This document shows positions 19,374-29,034 of a DNA stretch of 64,000 bases, piece after piece (position 1 is the stretch's first letter; each line of letters starts with the position of its first letter). The DNA lies in the NCBI GenBank assembly GCA_041662125.1, contig JBAZTA010000003.1, positions 199,992 to 263,991 on the forward strand, written 5' to 3'. The stretch is from Candidatus Omnitrophota bacterium (GTDB lineage Bacteria > Omnitrophota > Gorgyraeia > Gygaellales > Profunditerraquicolaceae). The notes under the pieces are model-generated. The model worked only from the letters and a program-made list of their open reading frames with translations. It made no database searches and had not been told where the DNA came from. The position numbers and the translations under genes are program-made.

Positions 19374-20288
19374 CTAGGTTAAAAGTTTGATCAAAATCGC
19401 TTTCTGGACATGCAGCCTGTTTTCAGCCTGGTCAAAAACTACGGAATTCTTGCTGTTAATGACACCGTCGGTAATTTCATCTCCCCGGTGAGCGGGCAGG
19501 CAATGCATAATAAAAACATTTTTTTTCGCAAGTTTCAAAAGGCTCTGGTTAATTTGGAATTCAGCAAATATTTTTTTCCTTTTCGCTGCCTCTTCCTCCT
19601 GCCCCATGCTTGCCCATACATCGGTATAAATCACATCCGTCCCGCGGACCGCTTTTTGAGGACTGGTGAACAACTCGATTATTGACCCGGAATCTTTTGC
19701 AAAGATCCTGGATTGTTTGACAATCCCCGGGTCGGGCTCATACCCGAAAGGCGTAGCAATATGCAAATTAAGCCCGACCTTAGAACATGAATGAAGAAGA
19801 GAATGACACACATTATTTCCATCGCCAATATATGCCATGGTCATGTTTTTATATCTGCCTGTTTTTTCTTTTACCGTAAATATGTCAGTCAATCCTTGAC
19901 AAGGATGCAGCAGGTCAGATAACCCGTTGATCACCGGAACTCCCGCATGTTGGGCCATATCCACAACGTTTTTGTGGGCAAACGTGCGCAAAACAATCGC
20001 ATTGACATACCTGCTCAAGGTTTTGGCGACATCAGCTATAGTTTCCCTCACCCCTAACTTAATATGCTCCGGCCCCAGGTATATAGAATTACCGCCAAGC
20101 TGATACATGCCGACCTGGAAAGAGACATACGTGCGATTGGAGGGCTTCTCAAAAATCAAAGCGAGTGTCTTAGCTTTTAAAACTTCCCTGAAATCTTCCG
20201 GCCGTTTTTTAATGTCAGCGGCTAACAATAAGATATCGTTGATTTGTTTCTTGTTTAAATCTGCTATGGTAATGAAATCTTTTTTCAT
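19374..20288 (-). CDS. argF: ornithine carbamoyltransferase (transcarbamylase family)
   Basis: HPCQ, DVWASMG and FMHCLP blocks are OTCase-like. The carbamoyl-phosphate motif reads SNRTY instead of the usual STRTR. Confidence 0.85.
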   Translation of the reverse strand: MKKDFITIADLNKKQINDILLLAADIKKRPEDFREVLKAKTLALIFEKPSNRTYVSFQVGMYQLGGNSIYLGPEHIKLGVRETIADVAKTLSRYVNAIVLRTFAHKNVVDMAQHAGVPVINGLSDLLHPCQGLTDIFTVKEKTGRYKNMTMAYIGDGNNVCHSLLHSCSKVGLNLHIATPFGYEPDPGIVKQSRIFAKDSGSIIELFTSPQKAVRGTDVIYTDVWASMGQEEEAAKRKKIFAEFQINQSLLKLAKKNVFIMHCLPAHRGDEITDGVINSKNSVVFDQAENRLHVQKAILIKLLT

Positions 20289-20297
20289 TCTTTCCCT

Positions 20298-21479
20298 TTA
20301 GTTTAAAGCGCCTAATACAGAATCAAGTATATACACTGCTTTATCGATTTCTTTTTTTGTTACGTTCAACGCGGGCATAAGGCGTAAGACGGTATCATGG
20401 GTACAATTGATCAATAGTTTTTTCTTCAAACAACCCTCTACGGCCCTTTGAGCTTCCCGGGTTAACTCTACCCCCCACATTAATCCTATCCCCCGGACAT
20501 CTTTAATCACTGGATATTTATTTTTTAACTCAAGCAATCTCTGCTGAAGGTATGCACCCATTTTCATGGTATTATTTAAAAGTTTTTCCTTTTGCAACGC
20601 CGTTAAGACTGCCAATGCTGCTTTACAGATAACCGCACCTCCGCCAAACGTTGAAGCATGAGTGCCGGCAGTCATGCAATCTGCGATGGATTTCTTAACC
20701 ATCATAACGCCGATAGGAAGACCGCCGCCTAAAGCTTTTGCCAGAGTTACCACATCGGGAGTAACGCCATACTGTTGATACGCGAACATTGTTCCCGTGC
20801 GGCCTATTCCCGTTTGGACTTCATCAACGATCAATAAAAGCTTTTCTGCATCACAAAGTTTTCGCAAACCCCGGACAAAATCTTTATCGGCTATATTGAT
20901 CCCGCCTTCTCCTTGGATGAGCTCAAGCATGATAGCGATTGTTTTGTCCGTAAGCGCACTTTTTACCGCGGAGAGATCATTATAGGCAACTGTTTTAAAA
21001 CCTTCAGGAAGCGGAGCAAACCCTGCCTGATATTTCGGTTGTCCCGTTGCTGCCAGAGCTCCTAATGTCCTTCCGTGAAAAGAATCCTTAAAAGTTATAA
21101 TTTCAAACCTTCCCCCTCCGAATTTACGGCTAAATTTTATCGCTGCTTCATTTGCCTCTGCCCCGGAATTGCAAAAAAAGACCTTACAGGGATGTTTAGC
21201 CAGGAAATTCAACTCTTTGGCTAATTTCGCCTGAGGAATCGTAAAATAATTGTTCGGGATAAAGATAAGCTTAGAGATCTGATCCCGGACCGCCGACATC
21301 ACTTTGGGATGGCAATGCCCCAGGTTACAAACGCCCCATCCAGGAAAAAAATCCAGATAAGAATCATTATGAATATCCCAAAGCCGGGAACCTTTGGCTT
21401 TCACAAAAACCAATGGCGTCTTAGTGTAAGTCGGCATAATGCATTCTTTATACGTGTCAAATACCTCTTCTTTATTCAT
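20298..21479 (-). CDS. argD: acetylornithine aminotransferase (class III PLP aminotransferase)
   Basis: Class-III aminotransferase blocks (LIVDEVQTGIGRTG; the ...TLAKALGGG region holds the PLP Lys). It sits inside the arg operon. Confidence 0.9.
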   Translation of the reverse strand: MNKEEVFDTYKECIMPTYTKTPLVFVKAKGSRLWDIHNDSYLDFFPGWGVCNLGHCHPKVMSAVRDQISKLIFIPNNYFTIPQAKLAKELNFLAKHPCKVFFCNSGAEANEAAIKFSRKFGGGRFEIITFKDSFHGRTLGALAATGQPKYQAGFAPLPEGFKTVAYNDLSAVKSALTDKTIAIMLELIQGEGGINIADKDFVRGLRKLCDAEKLLLIVDEVQTGIGRTGTMFAYQQYGVTPDVVTLAKALGGGLPIGVMMVKKSIADCMTAGTHASTFGGGAVICKAALAVLTALQKEKLLNNTMKMGAYLQQRLLELKNKYPVIKDVRGIGLMWGVELTREAQRAVEGCLKKKLLINCTHDTVLRLMPALNVTKKEIDKAVYILDSVLGALN

Positions 21480-21480
21480 T

Positions 21481-22377
21481 TTATTTTATAATTTCAGTAC
21501 CGATACCCTGGTCGGTAAACACTTCCAATAATAATGCATGCGGTATCCGCGCATTAATGATATGCGTCTGTTTAACTCCGTTATTAAGCGCTCCAATACA
21601 GGCATCAACCTTAGGGATCATGCCTTTCTGGACGACTTTTTCCTGAATAAGCCCAACAGACTCTTCCCGGGTCAGCGTTGATAGAAAAGAATTTTGGTCA
21701 TCGGGATTACGCATAATGCCATTGACATCGGTAAGCAGCACTAATTTCTCCGCTTTTAACTCCCAGGCGATATGCGAAGCTGCCTCATCGGCATTTACAT
21801 TATACGCAAGCTGGTCATGCCCCACACCCATCGGCAAAATAACCACGATAGAATCAGACTTTAATTCATCAAGGATCACTTGAGTGTTAATTCCGATAAT
21901 ATTGCCGACAAGGCCCAGGTCGATCTTAGCCTTCTTTTTCTCAGCGAGTATCAACTTTTTGTTTTTTCCGTTCAATCCCGTTGCCTTTCCTCCTAACTCG
22001 CTGATCTCGGAAACAATAAGGTCATTTAGTTTTTGCAGTTCTTCTTCCACAACCGTCAAGGTTTGCGCATCGGTTACCCGCATCCCGTCTAAAAACTCAG
22101 TTTTTTTCCCGGTAGACCGGATGCGATCGCTGATATTCGGCCCTCCTCCGTGAACAAGGACAGGTTTTAAACCCATAAAATTCAGAAAGATTATATCTTC
22201 TAATACTCCTTTTCTGATTTTGTCTTCGCCAAGGATACTGCCTCCATATTTGATCACCACGATCTTCTTATGGAACTTCTTTATATACGGTAAAGCTTCG
22301 ATCAAAACATCTGCTTTCTTAATAGCATCTTGCATTTTACACTCTTTTTCTTTTTTAGGCGTATTCTTAAAGAACAA
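21481..22377 (-). CDS. argB: acetylglutamate kinase
   Basis: Amino-acid kinase fold: VIKYGGS and VLVHGGGP blocks. Confidence 0.95.
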   Translation of the reverse strand: MFFKNTPKKEKECKMQDAIKKADVLIEALPYIKKFHKKIVVIKYGGSILGEDKIRKGVLEDIIFLNFMGLKPVLVHGGGPNISDRIRSTGKKTEFLDGMRVTDAQTLTVVEEELQKLNDLIVSEISELGGKATGLNGKNKKLILAEKKKAKIDLGLVGNIIGINTQVILDELKSDSIVVILPMGVGHDQLAYNVNADEAASHIAWELKAEKLVLLTDVNGIMRNPDDQNSFLSTLTREESVGLIQEKVVQKGMIPKVDACIGALNNGVKQTHIINARIPHALLLEVFTDQGIGTEIIK

Positions 22378-23556
22378 TTAACTATACGCCGCGTTTATCT
22401 TTACATACTCCGGGCTTAAGTCTGAAGTATAAATAGTAGCTTCAGCGCTCCCTGTCGAGAGGTTCACTTCCAGATCAATATTTTTTTTATGGAGCGGCCC
22501 CAACTTTATTTTTAACCCTCTTTCCGTGACCGCAACTCCACTTGCCCCAACACTTGCGGCAACCCTGCCAAAATTAGGATTACACCCATACATCGCTGTT
22601 TTAAATAAGTTTGAATTAGCGATCGCGAGTGCCGCTTTACGGGCGTCCGAATAATTACGGGCGTTTTTAACGTGGATACGTATGAATTTCGTAGCCCCTT
22701 CAGCATCACGAATTATCATTTTAGCCAATTCCAAACAAACCAACTGCAGGCATTCGCAAAATAAAATAAAATCCCGCGATTCTTTACCTGCCCGCCCAAT
22801 AGGTTTCATATCGATAAGCGCATTCTGGCTGGCAGCGTTTGCCAAAACTATCACCGTGTCATTGGTACTCATACAACCATCAACCGTAATACAATTGAAA
22901 GATCGCGCTACCGCCTCTTTTAACGCTTTATCCAATGCGCGCCTGGTTATCGAAGCATCAGTCGTAATAAAAGCAAGCATGGTTGCCAAATCAGGCGCGA
23001 TCATCCCCGCGCCCTTGGCAATACCGCACACTCGAACCGTTGTATTCCCGATCTTTATATCCGCGGTAACTTCTTTAAGAAAAGTATCCGTTGTCATAAT
23101 TGCGCGCGAAGCTTTATTAATCCCTTTTTCAGACAATCCGCGAACAAGAGAACCTGCGGCTTTCTTTATTTTATTGACGGGGAGTTGTTTTCCGATAATA
23201 CCCGTTGAATTGACCAATACGCTTTCTTTCCTGATGCCAAGTTCATCGGCAAAGATCTGCGCGGTTTCTTCTGATACTGCGCGCCCTTTTGCGCCGGTAA
23301 AACAATTCGCGTTACCGCTGTTAACAATGATCGCCCGGTGTGTCTTTGTTTTCTTTAAGTGCTCCTGGGTCAAGAGTATTGGCGCTGCCTTAATTTTATT
23401 GGCGGTAAAACAGGCGCTGGCAAAAGCAGGTAGTTTAGAATAAATCAGCGCCAAATCGGGTTTTCCTGATTTTTTCAGGCCGCAGGCAAGGCCATTTGCG
23501 CTAAAACCTGCGGGCAGGAGAGCTTTTTCGTATAGTTTAATCATAACGGCATACAA
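22378..23556 (-). CDS. argJ: bifunctional glutamate N-acetyltransferase/amino-acid acetyltransferase
   Basis: ATMLAFITTDA autoprocessing site and ArgJ family length (392 aa). Confidence 0.95.
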   Translation of the reverse strand: MYAVMIKLYEKALLPAGFSANGLACGLKKSGKPDLALIYSKLPAFASACFTANKIKAAPILLTQEHLKKTKTHRAIIVNSGNANCFTGAKGRAVSEETAQIFADELGIRKESVLVNSTGIIGKQLPVNKIKKAAGSLVRGLSEKGINKASRAIMTTDTFLKEVTADIKIGNTTVRVCGIAKGAGMIAPDLATMLAFITTDASITRRALDKALKEAVARSFNCITVDGCMSTNDTVIVLANAASQNALIDMKPIGRAGKESRDFILFCECLQLVCLELAKMIIRDAEGATKFIRIHVKNARNYSDARKAALAIANSNLFKTAMYGCNPNFGRVAASVGASGVAVTERGLKIKLGPLHKKNIDLEVNLSTGSAEATIYTSDLSPEYVKINAAYS

Positions 23557-23560
23557 ATGA

Positions 23561-24577
23561 TCATAATGCGGTCTTTTCGGGAAATCCGAACATTATATTG
23601 AGGTTCTGGACAGCCTGCCCGGAAGCCCCTTTGAGTAAATTATCGATAACGGCAATAATAATCACCGTATCACCGTCAGTTTTAATTCCAATGTCACAGA
23701 AATTGGTCCCTACGACATCTTTAAGGCTGGGGAAAAACCCCTCTTCCTTGATCCGGACAAACGGCTCTTTTTGATAAAACTTGCGGTACAGTAAAAGCAA
23801 GTCTTGAGTGATTTTTTTCGCATTTTTTGTGCGTATATACATTGTTTCAAGGATCCCGCGTTTTAAAGGCAAAAGATGAGGCACAAAAGTAAGCCTTACT
23901 TTTTCCCTGGAAAGCTTCGACAATATCTGGACTATCTCAGGGGCATGCTGATGCGCATTAACTTTATACGCGCGAAAATCTTCGTCAACCTCGGAAAAAA
24001 GATATTCGCAAGACAATTTCTTTCCTGCTCCCGTAACCCCGGATTTAGCGTCAATTATAATAGAACTGGTATCGATAGAATTTATAGCAATGACCGGCGC
24101 TAAGCCTATGATCGCAGCTGTCGGGTAACAACCCGGATTAGCGATAAGCCGGGCGTTTTTTATCTTCTGCCGGTATAATTCCGGTAAACCATAAACTGCC
24201 GTCTTTAAATTTGCTTTATCTTTATGAGCTACCTGATAGAACTGCTCGTATATATCAGTATCTTTAAGACGGTAGTCGGCGCTTAAATCAATCACCCGCT
24301 TTCCCGCTTTCAATAACTTCGGGACAAAATCCATTGAAACGGTGTGCGGCAGAGCCAGGAAAACCAAGTCGCAATCTTTAATAAGCTGCTCAACACTGAG
24401 CTTATTACACATAAGCCCTATGCGCCCCGAAAATTTCGGAATAAGCTCAGAGATTAATTTTAAACGGTCAGAACTTGCGGAAACATTCGTGATCCTTACC
24501 CCGGGGTGCCGTAAAAGAATAGTAATTAATTCTTCTCCCGTGTAGCCCGTAGCACCAGCAATACCAACATTAATCAT
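23561..24577 (-). CDS. argC: N-acetyl-gamma-glutamyl-phosphate reductase
   Basis: N-terminal NAD-binding VGIAGATGYTGEEL and the catalytic Cys region (NPGCYPTA). Confidence 0.95.
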   Translation of the reverse strand: MINVGIAGATGYTGEELITILLRHPGVRITNVSASSDRLKLISELIPKFSGRIGLMCNKLSVEQLIKDCDLVFLALPHTVSMDFVPKLLKAGKRVIDLSADYRLKDTDIYEQFYQVAHKDKANLKTAVYGLPELYRQKIKNARLIANPGCYPTAAIIGLAPVIAINSIDTSSIIIDAKSGVTGAGKKLSCEYLFSEVDEDFRAYKVNAHQHAPEIVQILSKLSREKVRLTFVPHLLPLKRGILETMYIRTKNAKKITQDLLLLYRKFYQKEPFVRIKEEGFFPSLKDVVGTNFCDIGIKTDGDTVIIIAVIDNLLKGASGQAVQNLNIMFGFPEKTAL

Positions 24578-24632
24578 CGACGCTCCTTTAAAAGAAATGT
24601 GCCTTTTCCGGCGAGAAATCTTACACTCACAT

Positions 24633-24661
24633 ATTTTATATTAAAATCTATCGATAGTCAA
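24633..24661 (-). promoter_or_regulatory. candidate sigma70-type promoter of the arg operon
   Basis: On the minus strand, TTGACT (24661-24656), a 17-nt spacer, then TAAAAT (24638-24633), about 55 nt upstream of the argC ATG. A CTATCGATAG palindrome overlaps the -35 and spacer. Confidence 0.4.
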
Positions 24662-24690
24662 GAATTTTCTCGTCGGTAGAAAGACGGCGT

Positions 24691-24722
24691 AAAATAAAAA
24701 ATCCCGCTCTTCCGAGCGGGAT
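24691..24722 (-). terminator. rho-independent terminator of the rplM-rpsI operon
   Basis: 9-bp stem (ATCCCGCTC / GAGCGGGAT), 4-nt loop, followed on the minus strand by UUUUUUAUUUU. It lies 39 nt downstream of the rpsI stop. Confidence 0.65.
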
Positions 24723-24760
24723 TTGTGATCTGCTTAATCTCTATAGTTACGTTGAGGCCG

Positions 24761-25153
24761 TTACCTCTTTGTCCACTGGAATCGTTTTCGAGCCCCCTTC
24801 TGGCCGAACTTCTTGCGCTCTTTCATGCGGGGATCTCTGGTTAAATAACCGTTTTTTCGCAATAAGTCTTTCAATTCAGGTTCAGCAAAGACTAATGCTC
24901 TTGAAATACTATGCCTGAGCGCTCCTGCCTGTCCCGCAAGCCCGCCTCCGCAAATATTAGCGTTTACGTCATACTTGTTCAAAGTATTAGTGACCCGCAA
25001 AGGCTGTTTGATTATGATCCTGTCGGTCTCGCGGGAAAAGTATTCATCACAGGGCATTTTATTGACCATAATAGTGCCTTTACCCGGGACCAAATAAACC
25101 CTCGCAATCGCTTCTTTACGCCTTCCAACTAACATTTTTGTGGTTTGTTCCAT
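24761..25153 (-). CDS. rpsI: 30S ribosomal protein S9
   Basis: 130 aa with a basic C-terminus ([17 protein letters not shown]). It is downstream of rplM, as in the conserved L13-S9 operon. Confidence 0.97.
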   Translation of the reverse strand: MEQTTKMLVGRRKEAIARVYLVPGKGTIMVNKMPCDEYFSRETDRIIIKQPLRVTNTLNKYDVNANICGGGLAGQAGALRHSISRALVFAEPELKDLLRKNGYLTRDPRMKERKKFGQKGARKRFQWTKR

Positions 25154-25162
25154 GATATATCC

Positions 25163-25594
25163 TTAGAGTACAAGAACTTCTGGTTTCTGAGCTTTATGCG
25201 GAAATTTGTCATCAGCATAAACTTTAAGTTTTTTGAGCATTTTTCTTCCCAGCGGCCCTTGAGAAAGCATGCGCTTTACCGCTAATTTTATCACTGTTTC
25301 CGGCTTCTTGGCGAACATGACATCCATACCGACTTCATGTAATCCATCCGGATAACCAGAATATCTACGGTAGACATTCTGTTGCAATTTTTTACCCGTA
25401 ACTTTGACCTTAGCGGCATTAATCACAATGACGCCGTCACCTGTATCTATATGAGGAGTAAAGATCGGTTTGTGTTTACCTCGTAAAATACCGGCAATTC
25501 TGGAAGCCATCCTGCCCAAAGTTTTATCCTGGGCATCAACCAAATACCATTTTCTCTTGATATCTTCTTTTTTGGGGAGATATGTCGTTTTCAT
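25163..25594 (-). CDS. rplM: 50S ribosomal protein L13
   Basis: N-terminus [31 protein letters not shown] is canonical L13. Confidence 0.97.
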   Translation of the reverse strand: MKTTYLPKKEDIKRKWYLVDAQDKTLGRMASRIAGILRGKHKPIFTPHIDTGDGVIVINAAKVKVTGKKLQQNVYRRYSGYPDGLHEVGMDVMFAKKPETVIKLAVKRMLSQGPLGRKMLKKLKVYADDKFPHKAQKPEVLVL

Positions 25595-25668
25595 AGAATC
25601 TAAAGTTTAACATACATTTATAATTTGTCAAATGTTTTTTTACTTTTTTTTACTCAAGGGTAATTGCC

Positions 25669-26427
25669 TCACTCTCTTGCAGCCGCCAGCAGTTTTTGCG
25701 TATAGAGATGGCGAGGATGGGAAAAGATTTCAGTTGTAGGCTCATTTTCAACAATCTCGCCCTGCTGCATCACGACAACCGAATGTGTGATATTTTTTAT
25801 TACTGCCAGGTTATGGGATATCAAGACGTAGGTCAGTTTTAGTTTTTCTTTAAGCGCAAGAAAAAGGTCAAGGAGCTGCGACTGGATTATCAAATCCAGC
25901 GACGAAAGCGGCTCATCGAGCACCAACAACCGTGGCTCACAAGCGAGGGCGCGCGCGATACAAATACGCTGCCGCTGCCCGCCGGAAAATTCAGCAGGGA
26001 ACCGCGCGCTCATTTTTTGCTGTAAGCCCACCATCTGCAGTAAATCACATACCCTCTCTTTTATCTTTTTCCGCGGGATTATCGCGTGTATCACCAGGGG
26101 TTCGGCAATCGCATCATAAACGCGCATCTTCGGATTAAGGCTGTTATAGGGGTTCTGAAAAATTATCTGTACATCTTTGCGTAAATTGCGTATCAGTTGT
26201 TCATTAAAAATTATTTCTCCCCTGGTAGGAAGGATCAATTTCAGGATTATTTTCGCTAAAGTCGTCTTCCCGGAGCCTGACTCTCCGGCGATGCCGACCG
26301 AATCAAATTCCTTGACCGTAAAACTGACATTCGTGAGGGCATGCACGACTCCGGCCTCTCGCATTAAAGCGCCGCCTTCGACCTTAAAATCTTTGCAAAT
26401 ATTTTTAACTTCCAGTATATTTTCCAT
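25669..26427 (-). CDS. peptide/nickel-type ABC transporter ATP-binding protein (OppF/DppF-like)
   Basis: Walker A (GESGSGKTT), the ABC signature (FSGGQRQR) and Walker B (LLVLDEP). Confidence 0.9.
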   Translation of the reverse strand: MENILEVKNICKDFKVEGGALMREAGVVHALTNVSFTVKEFDSVGIAGESGSGKTTLAKIILKLILPTRGEIIFNEQLIRNLRKDVQIIFQNPYNSLNPKMRVYDAIAEPLVIHAIIPRKKIKERVCDLLQMVGLQQKMSARFPAEFSGGQRQRICIARALACEPRLLVLDEPLSSLDLIIQSQLLDLFLALKEKLKLTYVLISHNLAVIKNITHSVVVMQQGEIVENEPTTEIFSHPRHLYTQKLLAAARE

Positions 26428-26443
26428 TCAGGTTTTTAGCTGT

Positions 26444-27238
26444 TTAAATCCTGCCGATCTGCTCATAAGCGCTGATCAGCTCTTTGGTATGAAAATGTTT
26501 GGGATCAGTAAAGATACTTTCAACTGGCGCTGTTTCAACGATCTTACCCTGATACATTACTGCAACTCGGTCTGCGATCCGGCGCGCAATCGTTAGGTTA
26601 TGCGTTATAAATAACAAGGAAAAGCCGAGTGTATCCTTTAAGGTCAAGAGCAACTGAAGTATTTCAGATTCTATCGTAACATCCAAAGCCGTAGTAGGTT
26701 CATCAGCGATCAAAAGCTGAGGACGGCTCGCCAGGCTCATGGCGATGAATGCCCGTTGATTCATTCCTCCGGACATCTGGTGAGGATAAGAAAACGCAAC
26801 CCGGGCAGGGTCTGCGATCTTCACCGCTTCCAGCAACTTCAGGGTTTGAGCATATGCTTCCTGCTTTGTCTTATTTTGATGCAGCCGGATAGCCTCCATA
26901 ATTTGATCACCAACCGTGTATACCGGGTTCAAATAACTTGACGGTTCCTGGAATACATACGAAATATCTTTACCGCGTATCGCGCGCAACTGCCGGATAT
27001 CAAGGCCTAACAGATCCTGGCCATCAAAAATAATACTGCCGTCAACCACCCGCGCATTCCGAGGCAAAATCCGGGTTATAGCCAATGCGGAGACTGTCTT
27101 ACCAGACCCTGATTCACCGGCTAAAACAACAACTTCACCGCGTCCGATATCAAGGTCAAAACCATCGACTGCCGTGATAACCTGTGTGCCTAAATAAAAA
27201 TTAATCTTCAAACCCCGTATTTTTAATAGATCATCCAT
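26444..27238 (-). CDS. peptide/nickel-type ABC transporter ATP-binding protein (OppD/DppD-like)
   Basis: Walker A (GESGSGKTV), the signature (MSGGMNQR) and Walker B (LLIADEPTTALD). Confidence 0.9.
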   Translation of the reverse strand: MDDLLKIRGLKINFYLGTQVITAVDGFDLDIGRGEVVVLAGESGSGKTVSALAITRILPRNARVVDGSIIFDGQDLLGLDIRQLRAIRGKDISYVFQEPSSYLNPVYTVGDQIMEAIRLHQNKTKQEAYAQTLKLLEAVKIADPARVAFSYPHQMSGGMNQRAFIAMSLASRPQLLIADEPTTALDVTIESEILQLLLTLKDTLGFSLLFITHNLTIARRIADRVAVMYQGKIVETAPVESIFTDPKHFHTKELISAYEQIGRI

Positions 27239-27241
27239 GCG

Positions 27242-28036
27242 TTAAAAACCGCCTATTTTTTGCTTGAGTCCTTCAGCGATAAAATTAAAGCCCAGGATAG
27301 TCAGTAAAATCGCCAAACCGGGATAGAGCGTTATCCACCAGGCAATACCAAGCGTAGATTTTGATTCGATGAGTATATTTCCCCAACTGGGGACCGGAGG
27401 CTGCACACCTAAACCTAAAAAACTCAACCCTGACTCTAAAAGTATCGCTGCGGCAATGCCTAAGGTCGCATTAACCAGGACGGGCCCCAGAGCATTAGGG
27501 ATCAGGTGCACGGCTATTATTCTAAAGTGAGAAGCTCCTAACGCGCGTTCCGCTTGGATAAACTCCCTTTCTTTAAGTGAAAGTATTTCTCCACGGATAA
27601 GGCGAGCCGGCCCCATCCAACTGGTTAAACCGATTATCACCATTATATTAAAAATTGAAGATTCAAGGAATGCCACAGCTGCCAGAAGGAGGAAAAACGT
27701 CGGGAAACAAAGCATGATATCCGTAAAACGCATAATAAGAGAATCAATAAATCCTCCGTAAAAACCCGCCAGTGAACCTAAAATAAGCCCAAGGATTGTC
27801 GCGATCCCTACAGCGATCAAACCAATAGTCAAGGAGATCCGTGCCCCGTACATCATCCTGCTTAAAATATCCCTGCCGAGGCTGTCCGTACCTAACAAAT
27901 GCTTTGCTGATGGAGCCATGAGCATATGAGTTTGGTCCATATCTGAGGGTTTATACGAGCTCAAGAACGGAGCCAAAAGCGCGATAAGTGTAAAAAAACC
28001 AATTATTACTACACCAATGATCAATGTCTTGTTCAT
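27242..28036 (-). CDS. ABC transporter permease (OppC/DppC-like)
   Basis: Six TM segments. The binding-protein-dependent permease EAA-like loop is present. Confidence 0.9.
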   Translation of the reverse strand: MNKTLIIGVVIIGFFTLIALLAPFLSSYKPSDMDQTHMLMAPSAKHLLGTDSLGRDILSRMMYGARISLTIGLIAVGIATILGLILGSLAGFYGGFIDSLIMRFTDIMLCFPTFFLLLAAVAFLESSIFNIMVIIGLTSWMGPARLIRGEILSLKEREFIQAERALGASHFRIIAVHLIPNALGPVLVNATLGIAAAILLESGLSFLGLGVQPPVPSWGNILIESKSTLGIAWWITLYPGLAILLTILGFNFIAEGLKQKIGGF

Positions 28037-28043
28037 GGTATCC

Positions 28044-29018
28044 TTACTTTTTGTAGCGTATCCGGGGATCTACATAGGCATAGGCAATATCGGCTATAAG
28101 ATTACCAGTCATCGTTAATACCGCGCCTATGACGACTTCTGCCATGATCAGTGGATAATCACGCATCATGACTGCTTCATAAAACAACCTGCCGATACCC
28201 GGCAAAGCAAATATTGATTCAAAAATAACACTTCCTCCTAAAAGCCCGGGTATTGACAATCCGATAATAGTCACAATTGGTAGTATGGCGTTACGCAGCG
28301 CGTGTTTATAAATCACCGTTTGCTCAGGCAGTCCTTTTGCTCTGGCAGTATACATATAGGGTTGCTGCAAAGTTTCAATCATATTTGAACGCATATACCG
28401 GCTTACCCCCGCAAGGCTGCCGAACGCAGAGACCAGGATCGGCAAAAACAAGTGGCGGGCTAAATCACCTATTTTCTGCCACCAGGTAAAATATTCGTAA
28501 TCAAGCGATTTTAAAGCTGAAATCGGGAGCCATCCTAAGGTTATCCCGAAAAATTGCATAAGAAGCAGCGCCAGCCAAAACGTAGGCGCCGCAAAAAGCA
28601 AAAAAAGCAGAATAGTCCAGGCATGGTCAAAGAATGTCCCTTCTTTTACAGCGCATTGTATACCTAACGGTATCGCTATAAGAAAAAGAACAACCATCGA
28701 AAGAATATTAATACTCAAGGTCACTGGCATGCGTTCCATTATTTTTTCCATAACCAGCCGGTCATCGCCCAAAGAACGCCCGAAATCTAATTTAAGCAGC
28801 CGTTGCATCCAAAGGAAATATTGGGCCGGCAGCGATTTATCCAACCCGTAAAGTTTTTCCAGCCGATTCCTGACATCAAGAGAAATCTTCGGATTCATCG
28901 AATCTTGCAGCACAGTCGGTTTTCCGGGAGCAAGATGAATCATAAAGAAACTCAGGAGTGTGATCCCCAGAAGCAACGGGACGAGCCCCAATAACCGCCT
29001 ACCAATATAACCTGCCAT
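28044..29018 (-). CDS. ABC transporter permease (OppB/DppB-like)
   Basis: 324-aa polytopic permease preceding the OppC-like gene. It has the typical N-terminal MxxYIxRRL start. Confidence 0.9.
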   Translation of the reverse strand: MAGYIGRRLLGLVPLLLGITLLSFFMIHLAPGKPTVLQDSMNPKISLDVRNRLEKLYGLDKSLPAQYFLWMQRLLKLDFGRSLGDDRLVMEKIMERMPVTLSINILSMVVLFLIAIPLGIQCAVKEGTFFDHAWTILLFLLFAAPTFWLALLLMQFFGITLGWLPISALKSLDYEYFTWWQKIGDLARHLFLPILVSAFGSLAGVSRYMRSNMIETLQQPYMYTARAKGLPEQTVIYKHALRNAILPIVTIIGLSIPGLLGGSVIFESIFALPGIGRLFYEAVMMRDYPLIMAEVVIGAVLTMTGNLIADIAYAYVDPRIRYKK

Positions 29019-29034
29019 ACTTCCCTTAACTTTC

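Noticed and set aside
22682-23443. 253-aa plus-strand ORF
   Set aside because: It is entirely antisense to argJ, which has clear family motifs. The product is low-complexity and Ser/Ala/Ile-rich with no motifs, so it is a typical shadow ORF.
24578-24700. ARG box (ArgR operator) in the argC leader
   Set aside because: I found no convincing TNTGAAT-N4-ATTCANA-type pair. Only the CTATCGATAG palindrome is notable.
25595-25668. Intrinsic terminator after the opp-like operon, or a clear promoter for rplM
   Set aside because: Only a weak 4-bp stem is present, with an A-run on the transcribed strand. A TTGACA is present but the -10 and leader geometry are ambiguous, so I did not call either feature.
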